Made by a program: the position numbers and the translations under genes. 51,595 nucleotides of DNA from Candidatus Ozemobacter sp. (GTDB lineage: Bacteria; Muiribacteriota; Ozemobacteria; Ozemobacterales; Ozemobacteraceae). Location: positions 1-51,595 of the forward strand of contig JASURT010000001.1 in the NCBI GenBank assembly GCA_030446435.1, read 5' to 3'. This document shows, piece after piece, positions 1 to 6,542 of this stretch (position 1 is its first letter; every line of letters starts with the position of its first letter). The notes beneath the pieces were generated by a model. It did no database searches. It saw only the letters and a program-made list of their open reading frames with translations, and had not been told where the DNA came from.

Positions 1-1382
1 GTGTGCTCGGTAAAGGCTTCGCCGGTTTCAAAATCCACCAATTGCTCGGCATTTCCGTGGTCTGCGGTGATGATACAATCATAACCCAGCTCGTAAGCAA
101 CGGGGATGGCTTTCGACAAAACCGAATCAACAGTGCTGACAGCTTTAACAGCCGCGTCCATGACGCCGGTGTGGCCAACCATATCGCAGTTTGCGAAATT
201 CACGAGAATAAAGGGGTATTTCTGGGTTCTGATTTTTTCAATCAGAAAATCACCGACTTCGAAGGCAGCCATTTCCGGCTTGAGATCGTATGTTTTCACC
301 TTTGGAGAAGGTACCATCTGTCGATCTTCAAGGTCGAAAGGAGTTTCGTTGCCGCCATTGGTAAAGTAAGTTACATGCGCATATTTTTCAGTTTCAGCCA
401 GGCGCAGCTGAGGAATCTGATTTCGAGCCAGCACTTCACCAAGAACCTCATCGAGAACCTGTGGCGGGAACGCCACCGGGAAATCGAAATCGGCTGAATA
501 CCTGGTAAAGCTGGCATAATGCACTTTCATTTCTTTGCGTTTGAATAGATCAAAGTTTTCAGCGGTGAAAACCTTTGAGATCTGGCGCATTCTATCGGCT
601 CTGAAGTTAAAAGCCAGAATGGCGTCGCCTTCACTGATCGTAGCGATTGGCTGGCCATTTTCTTCAATTACAACCGGAACCACAAACTCATCGGTCACGT
701 TGACCTTGTATGATGCTTCCATGGCTACAACGGGGTCAGTCGCACGATTTCCGACACCATGAACCAGTGCAGAGTAAGCTTTTTCTACACGGTCCCAGCG
801 GTTATCTCTATCCATGGCGTAGTATCTTCCGGAGATAGAGGCGATTTTGCCGACTCCGATCTTTTCCGTTTCTTCAACAAGCTCGCGAATAAAATGAACG
901 CCGCTGGTCGGCGAAGTATCGCGGCCATCAGTAAACGCATGAATAAAGACCTTTTCGAGACCTTTGCGTTTGGCCAGCTGCAAAATGGCGAAGATATGGT
1001 CGATATGGCTATGTACACCGCCATTCGAAACGAGACCATAAAGATGAAGCGCCTTGCCATCTGCTTTTACTTTATCCATGATATCGTTCATGGTTTTGTT
1101 TTCAAAAAACGAACCATCTTCGACTGATTTGTTGATGCGGGTTATGTCCTGATAAACCACTCTGCCGGCCCCAATATTGAGGTGGCCCACTTCAGAGTTG
1201 CCCATCTGTCCTTCGGGCAGACCCACAGCCAGCCCTGACGCCGCAAGTCTGGTACAGGGGCGTTCGTTGAAAAGCTTGTTGATAAATTCAGGGTTAGCAG
1301 CTTTAACTGCGTTTCCTTCAGCTTTTTCAGAGATTCCGAAACCGTCGAGAATGATTAGAAGTACTTTTGTTTTTGGTTCCAT
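1..1382 (-). CDS. gpmI: 2,3-bisphosphoglycerate-independent phosphoglycerate mutase (3' end cut by window edge; about 460 N-terminal aa present)
   Basis: Absent from the supplied ORF track because it runs off the left edge. Manual minus-strand translation from ATG at 1382-1380 gives MEPKTKVLLIILDGFGISEKAEGNAV...GLPEGQMGNSEVGHLNIGAGRVVYQD...LHLYGLVSNGGVHSHIDH...FIHAFTDGRDTSP...ITADHGNAEQ, the classic iPGM motifs. I checked every + strand triplet in this phase from 3 to about 1140 and found no TTA/CTA/TCA, so the frame is open to the edge. Confidence 0.9.
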   Translation of the reverse strand, partial: MEPKTKVLLIILDGFGISEKAEGNAVKAANPEFINKLFNERPCTRLAASGLAVGLPEGQMGNSEVGHLNIGAGRVVYQDITRINKSVEDGSFFENKTMNDIMDKVKADGKALHLYGLVSNGGVHSHIDHIFAILQLAKRKGLEKVFIHAFTDGRDTSPTSGVHFIRELVEETEKIGVGKIASISGRYYAMDRDNRWDRVEKAYSALVHGVGNRATDPVVAMEASYKVNVTDEFVVPVVIEENGQPIATISEGDAILAFNFRADRMRQISKVFTAENFDLFKRKEMKVHYASFTRYSADFDFPVAFPPQVLDEVLGEVLARNQIPQLRLAETEKYAHVTYFTNGGNETPFDLEDRQMVPSPKVKTYDLKPEMAAFEVGDFLIEKIRTQKYPFILVNFANCDMVGHTGVMDAAVKAVSTVDSVLSKAIPVAYELGYDCIITADHGNAEQLVDFETGEAFTEH

Positions 1383-1497
1383 AATTGTTAAAAACCTTAA
1401 AATTTTGAGGAATAAAACCTCAGGTTTGGCGGATTATACCCGGCAAAACCTGCAGATGTCAAATCAGGTAGCAAAACCCGCTGTTGTAACGAATTCA

Positions 1498-1527
1498 TTG
1501 ACTTATCAGAATCAGTTTGCTAATAAT
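1498..1527 (+). promoter_or_regulatory. sigma70-like promoter candidate for pth (TTGACT-18-AATAAT)
   Basis: TTGACT at 1498-1503 and AATAAT at 1522-1527. Only 11 nt separate the -10 from the pth ATG (1539), and no Shine-Dalgarno motif lies between them. Confidence 0.4.
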
Positions 1528-1538
1528 CTTCTTCAGTT

Positions 1539-2135
1539 ATGATAATTGCAGGTTTGGGAAATCCAGGAAAAGAGTATGAACGCACCAGGCACAACGCGGG
1601 GTTCTGGGCGGTCGATGCCATTGCAGAAAAATTCAGAGGCGAATTTGACCACAAAGCCCACCAGGCATTGATCTGCAATCTGCAATTTCATGGCCGGCCG
1701 CATATTCTGGTCAAACCACAAACCTATATGAATCTTTCAGGCGAATCTATTTCGGGTATCATGATCGAAACAGAAACATCGCCAGACAATCTTCTGGTGA
1801 TAACAGACGATATCAACCTGCCAATCGGAAGAATTCGACTGCGTGCCTCGGGCAGTGACGGCGGCCACAATGGTTTGAAATCGATAATAAACCATATCGG
1901 CAAAGGCTTCTGGCGCCTGCGCATTGGCGTAGGCCTGCCTGTTAATGAAGAAGAAGATGATGATGATTCGCACGCCCAGCTTGTTGAGCACGTTCTTGGC
2001 TCGGTAAGCAAAGAAGAAAACGAAATTTTTGCCGCAATCAATAAAGAAATGCCAGAGCTTGCTGCCCTGTGGCTGATGGGAATGGGCAATAAAGCCATGA
2101 CTCGCTATAACGGGGCTGTTTTTTCTAATTTGTGA
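1539..2135 (+). CDS. pth: peptidyl-tRNA hydrolase
   Basis: MIIAGLGNPGKEYERTRHNAGF...QTYMNLSGESI...ITDDINLPIGRIRLRASGSDGGHNGLKSI...FWRLRIGVG are canonical Pth motifs. Contains an extra acidic EEEDDDD run. Confidence 0.95.
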   Translation: MIIAGLGNPGKEYERTRHNAGFWAVDAIAEKFRGEFDHKAHQALICNLQFHGRPHILVKPQTYMNLSGESISGIMIETETSPDNLLVITDDINLPIGRIRLRASGSDGGHNGLKSIINHIGKGFWRLRIGVGLPVNEEEDDDDSHAQLVEHVLGSVSKEENEIFAAINKEMPELAALWLMGMGNKAMTRYNGAVFSNL

Positions 2136-2151
2136 AAAAATCCCGCAGGCC

Positions 2152-2180
2152 TTGCATTCTGGTTTCCACTACTTTATAAT
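2152..2180 (+). promoter_or_regulatory. sigma70-like promoter candidate for the cheC-cheD-x-fliA unit (TTGCAT-17-TATAAT)
   Basis: TTGCAT at 2152-2157, a 17-nt spacer, and a perfect TATAAT at 2175-2180. An AGAGG RBS at 2201-2205 precedes the ATG at 2212. Confidence 0.5.
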
Positions 2181-2211
2181 GACTTGGAATTGTATCTGTC
2201 AGAGGTTATGA

Positions 2212-2829
2212 ATGGAAGACATCACGAATCTAACCAGAACACAGCTTGACGCACTCAGAGAGATAGGTAACATCGGTTCAGGCAACGCGGCCAGCGCCCT
2301 GGCCCAGTTTCTTAACCGCAAAATCGACATGGCCGTTCCATCGGCCAAGATACTTGATTTTAAAGACATTGCCGATTTAATCGGCGGTCCGGCACAAAGT
2401 GTCATGGGTATTTTTCTCAAGGTTATGGGCGAAATTTCCGGTCGCTTTCTGCTTCTGATACCAGAAAAAACATCTCTTAAGCTGCTTCACACACTTATAC
2501 CCGGCTGTGAACTCGATTCTCCTTTAAACATGGGCGAAATGGAAAATTCATGCATGAAGGAAGTGGGCAATATTCTTGCCGGTGCCTTTCTAAATGCACT
2601 TTCTGTTATCACTCAAACTCCCATGCTCAACTCTCTTCCATCTATGGCATTTGACCTGTCGGGCTCGTTGATTAACTACGTAGTAGCCGATATGGTGGCG
2701 GTCAGCGACAAGGTTCTGATGATCGAAACGTCGTTTATCGAAGAAGAAGAAGATTTGAAAATTCATATTTTTCTTCTCCCTGACCCGGATTCACTGCAAA
2801 AATTACTAAAATCCATCGGAGTTGCTTAA
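2212..2829 (+). CDS. cheC: CheC-family CheY-P phosphatase
   Basis: Both CheC active-site signatures [D/S]-x3-E-x2-N-x22-P are present and were counted residue by residue: DALREIGN...(22 aa)...P and SCMKEVGN...(22 aa)...P. Length is 205 aa. Confidence 0.9.
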   Translation: MEDITNLTRTQLDALREIGNIGSGNAASALAQFLNRKIDMAVPSAKILDFKDIADLIGGPAQSVMGIFLKVMGEISGRFLLLIPEKTSLKLLHTLIPGCELDSPLNMGEMENSCMKEVGNILAGAFLNALSVITQTPMLNSLPSMAFDLSGSLINYVVADMVAVSDKVLMIETSFIEEEEDLKIHIFLLPDPDSLQKLLKSIGVA

Positions 2830-2832
2830 CTG

Positions 2833-3318
2833 ATGACAGACTTTATCCCGGTAGGCATGGGAGAATTTAAAATTGCCAGACATCCTTCATGTCTGGTCGT
2901 TTATGGCATTGGCTCCTGTGTGATTCTTTCTTTGTATGATGAAAAAAACAAAATCGGTGGATTTTCTCACGTAATGCTGCCAGACTCAACCGGCATAGAC
3001 CAGGAAAAAGTTAATCCTTCAAAATTTGCCGATACCGCCGTACCGATGCTTTACGAAAAAATGGCCGAAGAAGGCGCTTTTAAAAGCAAACTGGTGGCAA
3101 AAATAGTGGGCGGCGCAGAAATGTTTCCGCCAACCGAAGATTTCAACAGCAATATCGGCAAAGACAATGTGGAAGCAGTAAAAAAAGCTCTTGAAGCTCT
3201 TAAAATACCGATTATAGCTGAAGACACCGGCGGCAACCGTGGCCGATCACTCGAATTCGACCTGGAATCAGGAGTATTAAGACTCTCAGTTCTGGGTGAA
3301 GAAACAAGGGAACTCTAA
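2833..3318 (+). CDS. cheD: chemoreceptor glutamine deamidase CheD
   Basis: 161 aa with GIGSCVILSLYD...GGFSHVMLP and KIVGGAEMF...IGKDNVEAVKKAL...IPIIAEDTGGNRGRSLEF, typical of CheD. It starts 4 nt after cheC. Confidence 0.9.
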   Translation: MTDFIPVGMGEFKIARHPSCLVVYGIGSCVILSLYDEKNKIGGFSHVMLPDSTGIDQEKVNPSKFADTAVPMLYEKMAEEGAFKSKLVAKIVGGAEMFPPTEDFNSNIGKDNVEAVKKALEALKIPIIAEDTGGNRGRSLEFDLESGVLRLSVLGEETREL

Positions 3319-3321
3319 CCT

Positions 3322-3720
3322 ATGTCGCGACTTTCATTATTAATGGGTCTTTTTCTCGCCGTTACCATTACCGGCGTGGTATTATTAATGGCAGCAATGG
3401 CTGAAGTTGATGCCGCGACAATTATTTTTCGAGGTCTGGTAGTATTTTTTATCTTCGGAATGCTGGGAACGGTTCTCGGCAGCTTTCTCGAAGTTGTCTT
3501 GATGCCGGTTACCACCGAAAAAGAAACGGAAAAACTTAAGAATGAACTTCTACTGGAAGACGAGCAGCTTCGATCAGAACTGGGAGATCTTCTGGATGAT
3601 AATGAAGAAAACAGATACGAAACATTTGGCACCCCTACCGATGAGTCCAAGCCAATCACCGCGGAAAACTCCAGCAAAAACGGGAGAATGATTCATGGCG
3701 ATTCAGCAGCAGTCTCATAA
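3322..3720 (+). CDS. hypothetical small membrane protein (2 predicted TM helices plus an acidic C-terminal tail)
   Basis: Hydrophobic stretches LLMGLFLAVTITGVVLLMAAM and GLVVFFIFGMLGTVLGSFLEVVLM, followed by an E/D-rich tail. Tightly packed between cheD and fliA. No family recognised. Confidence 0.6.
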   Translation: MSRLSLLMGLFLAVTITGVVLLMAAMAEVDAATIIFRGLVVFFIFGMLGTVLGSFLEVVLMPVTTEKETEKLKNELLLEDEQLRSELGDLLDDNEENRYETFGTPTDESKPITAENSSKNGRMIHGDSAAVS

Positions 3721-3744
3721 GGCAGCCAGACACGGAGGGATGAA

Positions 3745-4581
3745 GTGAATAAAGAACTTCTGGTAGGCAACGAACAGGAAATCACTGATCCTAAACTGAA
3801 GAATCGTCTTCAGGACGAGGAAGACCAGAAACTCTGGGAACAATACAAAACCAATCATGACCAGCGAATCAAAGATGCGCTGATCATGAAATACGCTTCT
3901 TTCGTTAAGTATGTAGCAGGGCGTATCGCGGTTAACCTTCCCAGCAACGTTGAATTTGATGATCTTGTAAGCTATGGAATTCTGGGTCTGATCGATGCAA
4001 TCGACAAATATGACCCCGAAAGAAACGTCAAATTCAAAACCTATGCAAAAACCAGGATTCGCGGCGCGATTTTCGATGAACTTCGTGTTCTCGACTGGAC
4101 ACCAAGATCGATAAGACAAAAAGCCCGAAAGCTCGAAAAGGCCTACGCAAAACTCGAAGGCAAACTCGGACGCGACGCGAAAGATGAAGAAATCGCAGAA
4201 TATCTGAATATCGATATTTCAGAACTTCACAAGCTTTTTGATGAAACCAAGAAATCACTTCTGCTGTCGCTTGATGAAATTTTCTACGACGACGAAGAAG
4301 GCTCATCAAGATTCGATTTCATTGAAGACCAGAAAAGTGACAACCCGCAGATGAAAATCGAAGAAGCCGAAGCCAAGAAAATTCTGGCTGACGCCATCTC
4401 GAAACTTTCTGATCGCGAAAGAATGGTTATCACTCTTTACTACTATGAAGAACTGACTTCAAAAGAAATCGGCAAGATTCTGGGGGTTTCGGATTCACGC
4501 GTATCTCAGCTTCATACCAAGGCCATTCTACGCCTGAGAGGCCGTTTAAGCCGCATCAAAGAAGCGCTGGTTCCAGATTGA
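3745..4581 (+). CDS. fliA: flagellar sigma factor sigma-28 (FliA/SigD/WhiG family)
   Basis: Region 2: FDDLVSYGILGLIDAIDKYDPERNVKFKTYAKTRIRGAIFDELR. Region 4.2 HTH: ELTSKEIGKILGVSDSRVSQLHTKAILRLR. GTG start at 3745, 5 nt after the GGAGGGA RBS (3733-3739). Confidence 0.9.
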   Translation: MNKELLVGNEQEITDPKLKNRLQDEEDQKLWEQYKTNHDQRIKDALIMKYASFVKYVAGRIAVNLPSNVEFDDLVSYGILGLIDAIDKYDPERNVKFKTYAKTRIRGAIFDELRVLDWTPRSIRQKARKLEKAYAKLEGKLGRDAKDEEIAEYLNIDISELHKLFDETKKSLLLSLDEIFYDDEEGSSRFDFIEDQKSDNPQMKIEEAEAKKILADAISKLSDRERMVITLYYYEELTSKEIGKILGVSDSRVSQLHTKAILRLRGRLSRIKEALVPD

Positions 4582-4604
4582 GCCCCCAACAACTAAACAT
4601 GATA

Positions 4605-4640
4605 AAAGGCCCCGAAAACAAGTTTTCGGGGCCTTTTGCT
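4605..4640. terminator. bidirectional rho-independent terminator between fliA and the convergent HAMP gene
   Basis: GGCCCCGAAAAC (4608-4619) pairs with GTTTTCGGGGCC (4622-4633). An A-run lies upstream and TTTTGCTTT downstream. Confidence 0.75.
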
Positions 4641-4652
4641 TTATCTTAAATA

Positions 4653-5285
4653 TCAGGCTTTAGCTGAGTCTTCTTCGTCAACTTCTGTTTCTATGCCATC
4701 AAGGGGTTTTTCGTTTCTCTTGGCTTCAATCTTGAATTCATCTATCAGCTGGGTCAATTCGGCAGCTTCTTTTGCCAGCTGCTTGAATTTCGCGTCTTCT
4801 TCAAGACCTTCAAGTTTAACAGAGAGATCAACACTCAAGGTTTTGGCTTTTGCCAAAGTGGTTCTGAACTTCTTCAGAAGGTCGTTAAGCGCTGAGGCAA
4901 GCTCTTTAAGGTTGTCGTTACGCCTCAGGCTAACCTCGAAAGTCAGATCCCCCTCGGTAATTCGCTGAATACTCTTCTCGAGTTTGTAGGCCGGGCCTGC
5001 GGTCTGATGAGAATACATGACGCTGACGATAAAAATGATAATTACGTTCACAAAAATCAGCAAAAGCAATCTGGGCCAGAATTCTGTGAAAAAATGCTGC
5101 ATAATACTGGTTACGCCCCTGGCTTCTACCAGAGTTGTTTTGGTTGAAACAAAAAACGAACCCAGCACATAAATATTGCAGGCAGTAATTACCGCAACGA
5201 GAAAAGCAAGAAGCAGAATGGTTCCTGCGAACTTGCTCTGCATACCTTTTGAAATAAAATAATTCTTTCTCTGACTCAAAATCAA
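4653..5285 (-). CDS. membrane protein with a HAMP domain and C-terminal coiled coil, no recognisable output domain
   Basis: Two TM segments, then PAYKLEKSIQRITEGDLTFEVSLRRNDNLKELASALNDL (HAMP-like). The listed start is a TTG only 2 nt after AGGAGG (5289-5294, minus strand). The next in-frame TTG (5279-5277) has better spacing, so the true start is uncertain by a few codons. Confidence 0.7.
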   Translation of the reverse strand: MILSQRKNYFISKGMQSKFAGTILLLAFLVAVITACNIYVLGSFFVSTKTTLVEARGVTSIMQHFFTEFWPRLLLLIFVNVIIIFIVSVMYSHQTAGPAYKLEKSIQRITEGDLTFEVSLRRNDNLKELASALNDLLKKFRTTLAKAKTLSVDLSVKLEGLEEDAKFKQLAKEAAELTQLIDEFKIEAKRNEKPLDGIETEVDEEDSAKA

Positions 5286-5319
5286 AGCCTCCTGAAGGCG
5301 GAAATCGATTTATTCTTGT

Positions 5320-5348
5320 ATCTTACTTAATGCAAATTTATTTGTCAA
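5320..5348 (-). promoter_or_regulatory. sigma70-like promoter candidate for the HAMP gene (TTGACA-17-TAAGAT on the minus strand)
   Basis: The minus strand reads TTGACA (complement of 5343-5348), a 17-nt spacer, then TAAGAT (complement of 5320-5325). The AGGAGG RBS follows. Confidence 0.45.
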
Positions 5349-5420
5349 CGGAATTGCGCCTGTTACAAATTGGTCGAATAAGGTTAAACAGGAAGCAAGA
5401 GTTGTCGATATGGGCATATC

Positions 5421-5831
5421 ATGAAAGACAAACTGATTAAATGCCTGATTCTTTTTCTGTTGCCTCTTTTTTTGACCGGCTGTACTGACGCTGATTCAAG
5501 CTCAGACAATTCGGTCGTTTTTCCGACGGCTGGTATTTACCAGACAGGCATAGCGTCATGGTATGGCGCTGAATATCAGGGGTTGCCAACAGCTTCGGGT
5601 GAAGCGTTCGATCGAAATTCGATGACGGCTGCCCATAAAGAGCTGCCTTTTCAAACCTGGGTTGAAGTTACCAATCTTGAAAATGGCCGGCAGGTAACGG
5701 TTAGAATCAATGACCGTGGGCCTTTTGTCGCCGGCAGAATAATAGACCTGTCTGAAAAAGCCGCTGACGAACTGGGAATGAAAAACGCCGGGCTTGCTCA
5801 GGTCAGTCTGAAGATTGTAGGCGCTCCCTGA
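5421..5831 (+). CDS. rlpA: RlpA-like lipoprotein (double-psi beta-barrel, septal lytic transglycosylase family)
   Basis: Lipoprotein signal LFLTGC, then GIASWYGAEYQGLPTASGEAFDRNSMTAAHKELPFQTWVEVTNLENGRQVTVRINDRGPFVAGRIIDLS, the RlpA/DPBB signature. Confidence 0.85.
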   Translation: MKDKLIKCLILFLLPLFLTGCTDADSSSDNSVVFPTAGIYQTGIASWYGAEYQGLPTASGEAFDRNSMTAAHKELPFQTWVEVTNLENGRQVTVRINDRGPFVAGRIIDLSEKAADELGMKNAGLAQVSLKIVGAP

Positions 5832-6293
5832 TCAGAGTCCGTTTTTCTGGGCGTCTTCTTCTTCTTTCGGAACATATCTGTGATTTTCATAGATTGCCCA
5901 GCCGGTCATGCGTCCGGATTTTCCTTTAAACGGAGCTTCAACCTTACCGCCCTTTGGATCATGGGTATATTCACCATAGAATTGGACCAGACGACCAATT
6001 TCAAACCTGATGGTATCTGAACCGGTAATATTGAAAACAAAGTCATATTCATGACTGCTGTCGCGGCTTTTGAGCCTGCAACTTACCGAATCTGTCGCAA
6101 CCTGAGGGTAAACCTTGACCACGTTTCCGCCATCGCGAACCTGGGCTTTGGGCAATTGCTGTTCAAAAGCAGAAGCCACGTTAGGGTCCTGGCTGAAATA
6201 ATTGGCAAGAATGAAAATTGTGAAAACTACTATGGGTATGGCTATCAGGATAGCTTTATCCTGCCAGGTCAATTCAGGTGCTTTCTTACTCAC
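5832..6293 (-). CDS. membrane-anchored DUF3465-like protein
   Basis: N-terminal TM (AILIAIPIVVFTIFILANYF). The C-terminal GRLVQFYGEYTHDPKGGKVEAPFKGKSGRMTGWAIYENHRY resembles the DUF3465 core (G..V.FYGEY....GG......GR..GW...N.R.Y as I remember it), but the HWTHHDP-type His motif is absent. Confidence 0.55.
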   Translation of the reverse strand: MSKKAPELTWQDKAILIAIPIVVFTIFILANYFSQDPNVASAFEQQLPKAQVRDGGNVVKVYPQVATDSVSCRLKSRDSSHEYDFVFNITGSDTIRFEIGRLVQFYGEYTHDPKGGKVEAPFKGKSGRMTGWAIYENHRYVPKEEEDAQKNGL

Positions 6294-6542
6294 AGATTTT
6301 TTCTCCAGTTGGGTAAGTGTTTAAACTGCTTATCAAGGGCAGCTCAGGTTCAAACAATATCACATTAGGCCTCATGCGTCCAATACCATTTCTCAATTTT
6401 TTAAAACTTTTTAAATATTCTTCTAAATTGAGCGCACATCTTTGTCGATTTATTTACTACGGATTTAAAGCGAAAGATCAAGGACGATTTTTCAAAAGTA
6501 GATAAGAAAACTCCGGTTCGCCGGAATTGCAAGGAGCGCATT

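Noticed and set aside
3-1542. Plus-strand ORFs of 164, 87, 75, 122 and 121 aa, and the minus ORF at 785-1060
   Set aside because: They are antisense or off-frame shadows of gpmI, with low-complexity, non-homologous translations. The gpmI frame explains the whole interval.
1947-1967. GAA/GAT run (EEEDDDD) in pth, considered as a microsatellite, slippage site or frameshift
   Set aside because: It is in frame and flanked by conserved Pth blocks on both sides (FWRLRIGVG ... VLG). It is most simply a short acidic loop insertion.
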